DNA of 64,000 nt from Eledone cirrhosa (lineage: Eukaryota). Of the stretch, positions 9,077 through 24,000 are shown in pieces; position 1 is the stretch's first letter; each line of letters starts with the position of its first letter. The notes beneath the pieces are model-generated. The model was not told the origin of the DNA. It was given only the letters and a program-made list of their open reading frames with translations, and did not search any database. The stretch is from positions 195,548,001-195,612,000 of the forward strand of contig OZ024742.1 of the NCBI GenBank assembly GCA_964016885.1, written 5' to 3'. The position numbers and the translations under genes are program-made.

Positions 9077-12000
9077 CCTCAACCCTACAAGAGGGCCCCA
9101 AATCTATCATATGTTCCACACCCTCGATCTGCAAGATGGGCCGCAATCTATCATGTGTTCCACTACCTCAACATACAAGATGGGCCCCAATTCGATCATA
9201 TCTTCCACTACCCCAAGCTACAAGATGGGCCCCAAATCTATCATATGTTCCACTACCTCAACATACAAGATGGGACCCAAATCTATCATATGTTCCACTA
9301 CCTCAATCTAAAAGATGGGTCCCAAGTCTATCATATGTTCCACTACCTCAACCTACTAGATTGACCCCAAATCTATCATATGTTCCACTACTTCAACCTA
9401 CAAGATGGGACCTAAAATCTATCATATGTTCCACTACCTCAGTCTCCAAGATGGGTCCCAAATCGATCATATATTCCACCACCTCAACATACAAGATTGG
9501 ACCCAAATCTCTCATATGTTCCACTACCTCAACATACAAGATGGGCACCAAATCTAGCATATGTTCCACTACCTCAACCTACAAGATGGGCACCAAATCT
9601 AGCATATGTTCCACTACCTCAACCTACAAGATGGGCACCAAATCTATCATATGTTCCACTACCTCAACATGCAAGATGGGCTCCAAATCTATCATATCTT
9701 CCACTACCTCAACATACACGATGGGCCCCAAATCTATCATATCTTCCACATCCTCAACCTACAAGTTGGACCACAAATGTATCATATATTCCACTGCCTC
9801 AACATATAAGATGGGCCCCAAATCTATCATATATTCTACTACCTCAACCTACAAGTTAGGCTTCAAATCTATCATAAGTTCCACTACCCTCGACATAAAA
9901 GATGAGCACCAAATCTATCATATGTTCCTCTACCTCAACCTACAAGATGGGCCCCAAATCTATCATATATTCCACTACCTCAACCTAAAAGATGGGCCTC
10001 AAATCTATCATGTGTTCCACTACCTCTATCTACATGATGGACCCCGAATCTATCATATATTCCACTACCTCAGTCTCCAAGATAGGTCACAAATCTATGT
10101 TCCACTACCTCAACCTACAAGATGGGACCCAAATCTATGATATGTTCCACTACCTCAACATACAAGATGGGCACCAAATCTATCATATGTACCAGTATCT
10201 CAACCTACAAGATGGGCCGCAAATCTATCATATGCTCCACTACCTCAACATACAAGATGGGACCCAAATCTATCATATGTTATACTACCTCAACCTACAA
10301 GATGGGACCCAAATCTATCAGGTGTTCTACTACCTCAACATACAAGATGGGACCCAAATCTATCATATGTTCCAGTACCTCAACATACAAGATGGGACCC
10401 AAATCTATCCTATATTCTACTAACTCAACATATAAAATAGGCTTCAAATCTATCATATGTTCCACTACCTAAACCTAAATGATGGGCCCAAAATCTATCA
10501 TATGTTCCACTACCTCAACCTACAAGATTTGACCTAAATCTATCTCATGTTCCAATACCTCCATATACAAGATGGGCCGCAAATCTATCATATGTTCCAC
10601 TACCTCAACCTATATGATGGGCCCCTAATCTATCATATGTTCTACTACCTCAACCTAAAAGATGGGACCCAAATCTATCTCATGTTCCACTACCTCCACC
10701 TACAAGATGGGCTTGAAATTTATCATGTTCCACTACCTCCACCTACAAGATGGGCTTCAAATCTATCATATGTTCCACTACCTCAACCTGCAAGATGGCC
10801 ACTAATCTATCATATGTTCCACTAACTCAACCTACAAGATGGGCCCCATATCTATCATATGTTACACTACCTCAACATACAAGAAGGACCCAAAATCTAT
10901 CATTTGTTCCACTACCTAAACCTACAAGATGGGCCCCTAAACTTTCATATGTTCCACTACCTAACCTACAAGATGGGCCGCAAATCTATCATATGTTCCA
11001 CTACCTCAAGCTACATGATGGGACCCTAATCTATCATATGTTCCACTACCTCAACATACACGTTGGGATCCAAATATATCATATGTTCCACTACCTCAAC
11101 CTACAAGATGAGCTTCAAATCTATCATATGTTCCACTACCTCAATTTACAACACGGACCCCGAATCTATCATATGTTCCACTACCTCAATCTACAAGATG
11201 GACCCCAAATCTATCATATGTTACACTACCTCAACATACAAGATGGACCCAAAATCTATCATATGTTCCACTACCTCAATCTACAAGATGTACCCAAAAT
11301 CTATCATATATTCCATTATCTCAACATACAAGATAGACCCCAAATCTATCATATGTTCCACTACCTCAATCTACAAGATGGACCCCAAATCTATCATATG
11401 TTCCACTACCTCAACATACAAGATGGACACCAGATCTATTATATGTTTCACTACCTCAATCTACAAGTTGGGCCCTAAATCTATCATATGTTCCACTACC
11501 TGAACCTACAAGATGGCCTTGAAATCTATCATATGTTCCACACCTCAACCTACAAGATAGACCCCAAATCTATCATATATTCCACTACCTCAACCTACAA
11601 GTTGGGCCCCAAATCTATCATATGTTCCACTACCTCAACCTACAAGATTGGCCCCAAATTTATCATATGTTCCACTACCTCAACCTTACAAGATGGGCCC
11701 CAAATCTATCATATGTTCCACTAGCTCAACCTGCAAGATGGCCCCTAATCTATCATATGTTCCTCTACCTCAACCTACAAGATGGGCCCCATATCTATCA
11801 TATGTTCCACTACCCCAACATTCAAGATGGACCTCAAATCTATCATATGTTCCACTACCTGAACCTACAAGATGGGCCCCTAATCTTTCATATGTTCCAC
11901 TACCTCAACCTACAAGATGAGCTTCAAATCTATCATATGTTCCACTACCTTAACCTGCAAGATGGCCCCTAATCTATCATATGTTCCACTACCTCAACCT

Positions 12001-15000
12001 ACATGATGGGCCCCATATCTATCATATGTTCCACTACGCCAACATACAAGATGGACCTCAAATCTATCATATGTTCCACTACCTCAACCTACATGATGGG
12101 CCCCATATCTATCATATGTTCCACTACGCCAACATACAAGATGAGCTTCAAATCTATCATATGTTCCACTACCTCAACCTACAAGATGGGCCCCAAACTA
12201 ATCATATGTTCCACTACCACAACCTACAAGATGGACCCCATATCTATCATATGTTCCACTACCTCAACCTACAAGATGGGCCCCATATCTATCATATGTT
12301 CCACTACCCCAACATGCAAGATGGGCCCCAAATCTATCATATGTTCCACTACCTCAACCTAGAAGATGGGCCCCTAATATTTCATATGTTCCACTACCTT
12401 AACCTACAAGATGGGCCGCAAATCTATCATATGTTCCACTACCTCAACATACATGTTGGGCCCCAAATCTATCATATGTTCCACTACCTCAACCTACATG
12501 ATGGGCCCCTAATCTATCATATGTTCCACTACCTCAACATACACGTTGGGATCCAAATATATCATATGTTCCACTACCTCAACATACAAGATGGACCCCA
12601 AATCTATCATATGTTCCACTACCTCAACATATAAGATGGGAACCATATCTATCATATGTTCCACTAAATCAACCTACAAGATGGGCCCCTAACCTTTCAT
12701 ATGTTCCACTACCTCAACCTACAAGATGGGCTTGAAATCTATCATATGTTCCACACCTCAACCTACAAGATGGGCCCCGAATTAATCATATGTTCCACTA
12801 GCTCAACCTACAAGATGTGCCCCAAATCTATCATATATTCCACTACCTCAACCTACAAGTTGGGCCCCAAATCTATCATATGTTCCACTACCTCAACCTA
12901 CAAGATTGGCCCCAAATTTATCATATATTCCACTACCTCAACCTACAAGTTGGGCCCCAAATCTATCATATGTTCCACTAGCTCAACCTGCAAGATGGCC
13001 CCTAATCTATCATATGTTCCTCCACCTCAACCTCCAAGATGGGCCCCATATCTATCATATGTTCCACTACCCCAACATTCAAGATGGACCTTAAATCTAT
13101 CATATCTTCCACTACCTGAACCTACAAGATGGGCCCCTAATCTTTCATATGTTCCACTACCTCAACCTACAAGATGAGCTTCAAATCTATCATATGTTCC
13201 ACTACCTCAACCTGCAAGATGGCCCCTAATCTATCATATGTTCCACTACCTCAACCTACAAGATGGGCCCCAAATCTATCATATGTTCCACTACCCCAAC
13301 ATACAAGATGGACCTCAAATCTATCATATGTTCCACTACCTGAACCTACAAGATGGGCCCCTAATCTTTCATATGTTCCACTACATCAATCTACAAGATG
13401 AGCTTCAAATCTATCATATGTTCCACTACCTCAACCTACAAGATGGGCCCCAAACTAATCATATGTTCCACTACCTCAACATGCAAGATGGGCCCCAAAT
13501 CTATCATATGTTCAACTACCTGAACCTACAAGATGGGCCCCTAATCTATCATATGTTCCACTACCTCAACCTACAAGATGGGCCCAAACTAATCATATGT
13601 TCCACTACCACAACCTACAAGATGGGCCCCAAATCTATCATATGTTCCACTACCTCAACATGCAAGATGGGCCCCAAATCTATCATATGTTCCACTACCT
13701 CAACCTGCAAGATGGCCCCTAATCTATCATATGTTCCACTACCTCAACCTACAAGATGGGCCCCATATCTATCATATGTTCCACTACCCCAACATACAAG
13801 ATTGACCTCAAATCTATCATATGTTCCACTACCTAAACCTACAAGATGGGCCTCTAATATTTCATATGTTCCACTACCTTAACCTACAAGATGGGCCGCA
13901 AATCTATCATATGTTCCACTACCTCAACATACATGTTGGGCCCCAAATCTATCATATGTTCCACTACCTCAACCTAAATGATGGGCCCCAAATCAATCAT
14001 ATGTTCCACTACCTCAACATACAAGATGGGCCCCAAATCTATCATATGTTCCACTACCTCAACCTACAAGATGGCGCTAAATCTATCATATGATCCACTA
14101 CCTCAACCTACATGATGGGCCCCATATCTATCATATGTTCCACTACCCCAACATACAAGATGGACCTCAAATCTATGATATGTTCCTCTACCTGAACCTA
14201 CAAGATGGGCCCCTAATCTTTCATATGTTCCACTACCTCAACCTACAAGATGAGCTTCAAATCTATCATATGTTCCACTACCTCAACCTACAAGATGGGA
14301 CCCAAATCTATCATATGTTCCACTACCTCAACCTACAAGATGGGCCCGAAACTAATCATATGTTCCACTACCACAACCTACAAGATGGACCCCATATCTA
14401 TCATATGTTCCACTACCTCAACATACACGTTGGGATCCAAATATATCATATGTTCCACTACCTCAACATACAAGATGGACCCCAAATCTATCATATGTTC
14501 CACTACCTCAACATATAAGATGGGAACCATATCTATCATATGTTCCACTAAATCAACCTACAAGATGGGCTTCAAATCTATCATATGTTCCATTACCTCA
14601 ACCTACAAGATGGGCACAATGTATCATATGTTCCACTGCCCCAACCTACAAGAGGTGACCCAAATCTATCATATGTTCTACTACCTCCACCTACAAGATG
14701 GACCCAAAATCTATCATATGTTCCACTACCTCAACCTACAAGATGGACCCAAAATCTATCATATGTTCCACTACCTCAACCTACAAGATGGACCCAAAAT
14801 CTATCATATGTTCCACTACCTCAACCTACAAGATGGACCCCAAATCTATCATATGTTCCACTACATCAACATACAAGATGGACACCAGATCTATCATATG
14901 TTACACTACCTCAACATACAAGATGGGACCCTAATCTATCATATGTTCGACTACCTCAACATACAAGATGGGTCCCAAATCTATCATATGTTCCACTAAC

Positions 15001-18000
15001 TCAACCTACAAGATGGGTCTCAAATCTATCATACGTTCCACTACCTCAACCTACAAGTTGGGCCCCTAATTAATCATATGTTCCACTACCTCAACCTGCA
15101 ATTTGGGTCCCAAATCTATCATATGTTCCACTATCTCAACATACAAGATGGGCCCCAAATCTATCATATGTTCCACTACCTCAACCTACAAGATGGGCCC
15201 CAAATCTATCATATGTTCCACTACCTCAACCTACAAGATGGCCCCTAATCTATCATATATGCCACTACCTCAACCTACAAGAAGAGTCGCAAATCTATCA
15301 TATGTCCTACTACCTCAACATACAAGATGGGCCCCAAATCTATCATATGTTCCACTACCTCAACCTAAATGATGGGCCCCAAATCAATCATATGTTCCAC
15401 TACCTCAACATACAAGATGGGCCCCAAATCTATCATATGTTCCACTACCTCAACCTACAAGATGGCGCTAAATCTATCATATGTTCCACTACCTCAACCT
15501 ACAAGATGGTCCCTAATCTATCATATGTTCCACTACCTCAACCTACATGATGGGCCCCATATCTATCATATGTTCCACTACCCCAACATACAAGATGGAC
15601 CTCAAATCTATGATATGTTCCTCTACCTGAACCTACAAGATGGGCCCCTAATCTTTCATGTGTTCCACTACATCAATCTACAAGATGAGCTTCAAATCTA
15701 TCATATGTTCCACTACCTCAACCTGCAAGATGGCCCCTAATCTATCATATGTTCCACTACCTCAACCTACAAGATGGGCCCCAAATCTATCATATGTTCC
15801 ACTACCCCAACATACAAGATGGACCTCAAATCTATCATATGTTCCACTACCTGAACCTACAAGATGGGCCCCTAATCTTTCATATGTTCCACTACATCAA
15901 TCTACAAGATGAGCTTCAAATCTATCATATGTTCCACTACCTCAACCTACAAGATGGGCCCCAAACTAATCATATGTTCCACTACCTCAACATGCAAGAT
16001 GGGCCCCAAATCTATCATATGTTCCACTACCTGAACCTACAAGATGGGCCCCTAATCTATCATATGTTCCACTACCTCAACCTACAAGATGGGCCCAAAC
16101 TAATCATATGTTCCACTACCACAACCTACAAGATGGGCCCCAAATCTATCATATGTTGCACTACCTCAACATGCAAGATGGGCCCCAAATCTATCATATG
16201 TTCCACTACCTCAACCTGCAAGATGGCCCCTAATCTATCATATGTTCCACTACCTCAACCTACAAGATGGGCCCCATATCTATCATATGTTCCACTACCC
16301 CAACATACAAGATTGACCTCAAATCTATCATATGTTCCACTACCTAAACCTACAAGATGGGCCTCTAATATTTCATATGTTCCACTACCTTAACCTACAA
16401 GATGGGCCGCAAATCTATCATATGTTCCACTACCTCAACATACATGTTGGGCCCCAAATCTATCATATGTTCCACTACCTCAACCTAAATGATGGGCCCC
16501 AAATCAATCATATGTTCCACTACCTCAACATACAAGATGGGCCCCAAATCTATCATATGTTCCACTACCTCAACCTACAAGATGGCGCTAAATCTATCAT
16601 ATGTTCCACTACCTCAACCTACAAGATGGTCCCTAATCTATCATATGTTCCACTACCTCAACCTACATGATGGGCCCCATATCTATCATATGTTCCACTA
16701 CCCCAACATACAAGATGGACCTCAAATCTATGATATGTTCCTCTACCTGAACCTACAAGATGGGCCCCTAATCTTTCATATGTTCCACTACCTCAACCTA
16801 CAAGATGAGCTTCAAATCTATCATATGTTCCACTACCTCAACCTACAAGATGGGACCCAAATCTATCATATGTTCCACTACCTCAACCTACAAGATGGGC
16901 CCGAAACTAATCATATGTTCCACTACCACAACCTACAAGATGGAGCCCATATCTATCATATGTTCCACTACCTCAACATACACGTTGGGATCCAAATATA
17001 TCATATGTTCCACTACCTCAACATACAAGATGGACCCCAAATCTATCATATGTTCCACTACCTCAACATATAAGAGGGGAACCATATCTATCATATGTTC
17101 CACTAAATCAACCTACAAGATGGGCTTCAAATCTATCATATGTTCCATTACCTCAACCTACAAGATGGGCACAATGTATCATATGTTCCACTGCCCCAAC
17201 CTACAAGAGGTGACCCAAATCTATCATATGTTCTACTACCTCCACCTACAAGATGGACCCAAAATCTATCATATGTTCCACTACCTCAACCTACAAGATG
17301 GACCCAAAATCTATCATATGTTCCACTACCTCAACCTACAAGATGGACCCAAAATCTATCATATGTTCCACTACCTCAACCTACAAGATGGACCCCAAAT
17401 CTATCATATGTTCCACTACCTCAACCTACAAGATGGCGCTAAATCTATCATATGTTCCACTACCTCAACCTACAAGATGGTCCCTAATCTATCATATGTT
17501 CCACTACCTCAACCTACATGATGGGCCCCATATCTATCATATGTTCCACTACCCCAACATACAAGATGGACCTCAAATCTATGATATGTTCCTCTACCTG
17601 AACCTACAAGATGGGCCCCTAATCTTTCATATGTTCCACTACCTCAACCTACAAGATGGGACCCAAATCTATCATATGTTCCACTACCTCAACCTACAAG
17701 ATGGGCCCGAAACTAATCATATGTTCCACTACCACAACCTACAAGATGGACCCCATATCTATCATATGTTCCACTACCTCAACATACACGTTGGGATCCA
17801 AATATATCATATGTTCCACTACCTCAACATACAAGATGGACCCCAAATCTATCATATGTTCCACTACCTCAACATATAAAATGGGAACCATATCTATCAT
17901 ATGTTCCACTAAATCAACCTACAAGATGGGCTTCAAATCTATCATATGTTCCATTACCTCAACCTACAAGATGGGCACAATGTATCATATGTTCCACTGC

Positions 18001-21000
18001 CCCAACCTACAAGAGGTGACCCAAATCTATCATATGTTCTACTACCTCCACCTACAAGATGGACCCAAAATCTATCATATGTTCCACTACCTCAACCTAC
18101 AAGATGGACCCAAAATCTATCATATGTTCCACTACCTCAACCTACAAGATGGACCCAAAATCTATCATATGTTCCACTACCTCAACCTACAAGATGGACC
18201 CCAAATCTATCATATGTTCCACTACATCAACATACAAGATGGACACCAGATCTATCATATGTTACACTACCTCAACATACAAGATGGGACCCTAATCTAT
18301 CATATGTTCGACTACCTCAACATACAAGATGGGTCCCAAATCTATCATATGTTCCACTAACTCAACCTACAAGATGGGTCTCAAATCTATCATACGTTCC
18401 ACTACCTCAACCTACAAGTTGGGCCCCTAATTAATCATATGTTCCACTACCTCAACCTGCAATTTGGGTCCCAAATCTATCATATATTCCACTATCTCAA
18501 CATACAAGATGGGCCCCAAATCTATCATATGTTCCACTACCTCAACCTACAAGATGGGCCCCAAATCTATCATATGTTCCACTACCTCAACCTACAAGAT
18601 GGCCCCTAATCTATCATATATGCCACTACCTCAACCTACAAGAAGAGTCGCAAATCTATCATATGTCCTACTACCTCAACATACAAGATGGGCCCCAAAT
18701 CTATCATATGTTCCACTACCTCAACCTAAATGATGGGCCCCAAATCAATCATATGTTCCACTACCTCAACATACAAGATGGGCCCCAAATCTATCATATG
18801 TTCCACTACCTCAACCTACAAGATGGCGCTAAATCTATCATATGTTCCACTACCTCAACCTACAAGATGGTCCCTAATCTATCATATGTTCCACTACCTC
18901 AACCTACATGATGGGCCCCATATCTATCATATGTTCCACTACCCCAACATACAAGATGGACCTCAAATCTATGATATGTTCCTCTACCTGAACCTACAAG
19001 ATGGGCCCCTAATCTTTCATATGTTCCACTACATCAATCTACAAGATGAGCTTCAAATCTATCATATGTTCTACTACCTCAACCTACAAGATGGGCCCCA
19101 AACTAATCATATGTTCCACTACCACAACCTACAAGATGGACCCCATATCTATCATATGTTCCACTACCTCAACCTTACAAGATGGGCCCCAAATCTATCA
19201 TATCTTCCACTACCTCAACATGCAAGATGGGCCCCAAATCTATCATATGTTCCACTACCTCAACCTGCAAGATGGCCCCTAATCTATCATATGTTCCACT
19301 ACCTAAACCTAGAAGATGGGCCCCTAATATTTCATATGTTCCACTACCTTAACCTACAAGATGGGCCGCAAATCTATCATATGTTCCACTACCTCATCAT
19401 ACATGTTGGGCCCCAAATCTATCATATGTTCCACTACCTCAACCTCCATGATGGGCCCCTAATCTATCATATCTTCCACTACCTCAACATACACGTTGGG
19501 ATCCAAATCTATCATATGTTCCACTACCTCAACATACAAGATGGACCCCAAATCTATCATATGTTCCACTACCTCAACATATAAGTTGGGAACCATATCT
19601 ATCATATGTTCCACTAAATCAACCTACAAGATGGGCTTCAAATCTATCATATGTTCCATTACCTCAACCTACAAAATGGGCACAATGTATCATATTTTCC
19701 ACTGCCCCAAACTACAAGAGGTGACCCAAATCTATCATATGTTCCACTACCTCAACATACAAGATGGGCCCCAAATCTATCATATGTTCCACTACCTCAA
19801 TCTACAAGGTGGACCCCAAATCTATCATATGTTCCACGACCTCAACATACAAGATGGACACCAGATCTATCATATGTTTCACTACCTCAATCTACAAGTT
19901 GGGCCCTAAATCTGTCATAAGTTACACTACCTCAACATACAAGATGGGACCCAAATCTATCATATGTTCCACTACCTCGATCAACGATGAGGACCCCAAT
20001 TCTATCTTATGTTCAACTACCTCAACCTACAAGATGGGCCCCAAATCTATCATATATTCCACTACCTCAACCTACAAGATGGGCCCCAAATCTATCATAT
20101 GTTCCACTACCCCAACATACAAGATTGGACCCCAAATCTATCATATGTTCCACTACCTCAACCTACAAGATGGGCCCCATATCTATCATATGTTCCACTA
20201 CCTCAACCTACAAGATGGGCCCCATATCTATCATATGTTCCACTACCTCAACCTACAAGATGGACCCCAAATCTATCATATATTCCACTACCTCAACCTA
20301 CAAGATGGACCCCAAATCTATCATATGTTCCACTACCTCAATCTACAAGATAGACCCCAAATCTATCATATGTTATACTACCTCAACCTACAAGATGGGA
20401 CCCAAATCTATCAGGTGTTCTACTACCTCAACATACAAGATGGGACACAAATCTATCATATGTTCCAGTACCTCAACATACAAGATGGGACCCAAATCTA
20501 TCATATGTTCCACTACCTCAACCTATATGATGGGCCCCTAATCTATCATATGTTCTACTACCTCAACCTAAAAGATGGGACCAAAATCTATCTCATGTTT
20601 CACTACCTCCACCTACAAGATGGGCTTCAAATTTATCTTATGTTCCACTACCTCAACCTGCAAGTTGGCCCCTAATCCATCATATGTTCCACTACCTCAA
20701 CCTACAAGATGGGCCCCATATCTATCATATGTTACACTACCTCAACATACAAGATGGACCCAAAATCTATCATTTGTTCCACTACCTAAACCTACAAGTT
20801 GGGCCCCTGATCTTTCATATGTTCCACTACCTCAACCTACAAGATGGGCCGCAAATCTATCATATGTTCCACTACCTCAAGCTACATGATGGGAGCCAAA
20901 TCTATCATATGTTCCACTACCTCAAGCTACATGATGGGACCCAAATCTATCATATGTTCCACTACCTCAAGCTACATATGATGGGATCCAAATATATCAT

Positions 21001-24000
21001 ATGTTCCACTACCTCAACCTACAAGATGAGCTTCAAATCTATCATATGTTCCACTACCTCAATTTACAACACGGACCCTGAATCTATCATATGTTCCACT
21101 ACCTCAACATACAAGATGGACCCAAAATCTATCATATGTTCCACTACCTCAATCTACAAGATGTACCAAAAATCTATCAGGTGTTCCACTACCTCAACAT
21201 ACAAGATGGGCCCCAAATCTATCATATGTTCCACTACCTCAACATACAAGATGGGCCCCATATCTATCATATGTTTCACTACCTCAATCTACAAGTTTGG
21301 CCCTAAATCTATCATATGTTCCACTACCTCAAGATACAAGATAGTCTTCAAAAATATCATATGTTCGACTACCTCAGCCTACAAGATGGGCCCCAAATCT
21401 ATCATATGTTCCACTACCTGAACCTACAAGATGGGCCCCTAACCTTTCATATGTTCCACTACCTCAACCTACAAGTTGGGCCCCAAATCTATCATATGTT
21501 CCACTACCTCAACCTACAAGTTTGGCCCCAAATTTATCATAAATTCCACTACCTCAACCTTACAAGATGGGCCCCAAATCTATCATATGTTCCACTAGCT
21601 CAACCTGCAAGATGGCCCCTAATCTATCATATGTTCCTCTACCTCAACCTACAAGATGGGCCCCAAATCTATCATATGTTCCACTACCCCAACATTCAAG
21701 ATGGACCTCAAATCTATCATATGTTCCACTACCTGAACCTACAAGATGGGCCCCTAATCTTCCATATGTTCCACTACCTCAACCTACAAGATGAGCTTCA
21801 AATCTATCATATGTTCCACTACTTCAACCTGCAAGATGTCCCCTAATCTATCATATGTTCCACTACCTCAACCTACATGATGGGCCCCATATCTATCATA
21901 TGTTCCACTACCCCAATATACAAGATGGACCTCAAATCTATCATATGTTCCACTACCTGAACCTACAAGATGGGCCCCTAATCTTTCATATGTTCCACTA
22001 CATCGATCTACAAGATGAGCTTCAATTCTATCATATGTTCCACTACCTCAACCTACAAGATGGGCCCCATATCTATCATATGTTCCACTACCTCAACCTT
22101 ACAAGATGGGCCCCAAATCTGTCATATGTTCCACTACCTCAACATGCAAGATGCGCCCCAAATCTATCATATGTTCCACTACCTCAACCTGCAAGATGGC
22201 CCCTAATCTATCATATGTTCCCCTACCTAAACCTAGAAAATGGGCCCCTAATATTTCATATGTTCCACTACCTTAACCTACAAGATGGGCCGCAAATCTA
22301 TCATATGTTCCACTAACTCAACATATAAGATGTGAACCATATCTATCATATGTTCCACTAAATCAACCTACAAGATGGGCTTCAAATCTATCATATGTTC
22401 CACTACCTCAACCTACAAGATGGACACCAAATCTATCATATATTCCACTACCTCATCCTACAAGATGGACCCCAAATCTATCATATATTCCACTACCTCA
22501 ACCTACAAGATGGACCCCAAATCTATCATATATTCCACTACCTCAACCTACAAGATGGACCCCAAATCTATCAGATGTTCCACTACATCAACTTACAAGA
22601 TGGACGCCAAATCTATCATATGTTCCACTACCTCAATCTACATGATGGACCCCAAATCTGTGATATGTTCCACTACATCAACATACAAGATGGACACCAG
22701 ATCTATCATGTTACACTACCTCGACATACAAGATGGGACCCTAATCTATGATATGTTCGACTACCTCAACATACAAGATGGGTCCCAAATCTATCATATG
22801 TTCCACTAACTCAACCTACAAGATGGGTCTCAAATCTATCATACGTTCCACTACCTCAACCTACAAGTTGGGCCCCAAATCTATCATATGTTCCTCTACC
22901 TCAACCTACAAGATGAGCACCAAATCTATCATATATTCCACTACCTCAACATGCAAGATGGGCCCCAAATCTATCTGATGTTCAGTAGCTCAACCTACAA
23001 GATGGGTCCCAAATCTATCATATGTTCCACTACCTCAACCTACAAGATGGGCCCTAAATCTATCATATGTTCCACTACCTCAACATGCAAGATGGGCCCC
23101 AAATCTATCATATGTTCCACTACCTCAACCTACAATATGTGCCCCTAATCTCTCATATGTTCCACTACCTCAACCTAACAAGATGGGCTTCAAATCTATC
23201 ATATGTTCCACTACCTCAACATACAAGATGGGCTTCAAATCTATCATATGTTCCAGTACCTCAACCTACAAGATGGGCCCCAGATTAATCATATGTACCA
23301 CTACCTCAACCTACAAGATGGGCCCCAAATCTATCATATGGTCCACTACCTCAACATACAAGGTGTGACCCAAATCTATCATATGTTCTACTACCTCAAT
23401 CTACGAGATGGTCCCCAAATCAATCAAATATTCCACTACCTCACCCTACAAGATGGGCCTCAAATCTATCATATGTTCCACTACCTCAACATACAAGATG
23501 GGCTTAAATCTATCATATGTTCCACCACCTCAATCTACAAGATGAGCCGCTAATCTATCATATGATCCACTACCTCAACCTACAAGATGGTCCCCAAATT
23601 AATCATGTTCCACTACCCCAACTTACAAGATGGGCCCCAAATCTATCATATGTTCCACTACCTCAACCTACAAGATGGGTCCCAAATCTATCATATTTTC
23701 CACTACCTCAACCTAAAAGATGGGCCCCAAACCTATCTTATGTTCCACTACCTCAACCTACAAGATGCGTCCCAAATCTATCATATGGTCCACTACCTCA
23801 ACCTACAAGATGGGTCCCAAATCTATCATATGTTGCGCTACCTCAACATACAAGATGCGCCCCAAATCTATCATATGTTCCACTACCTCAACCAACAATA
23901 TGGGCCCCAAATCTATCTTATGGTCCACTACCTCAACATACAAGATGGGACCCAAATCTATCATATGTTCGACTACCTCAACCTACAAGATGGCCCCTAA

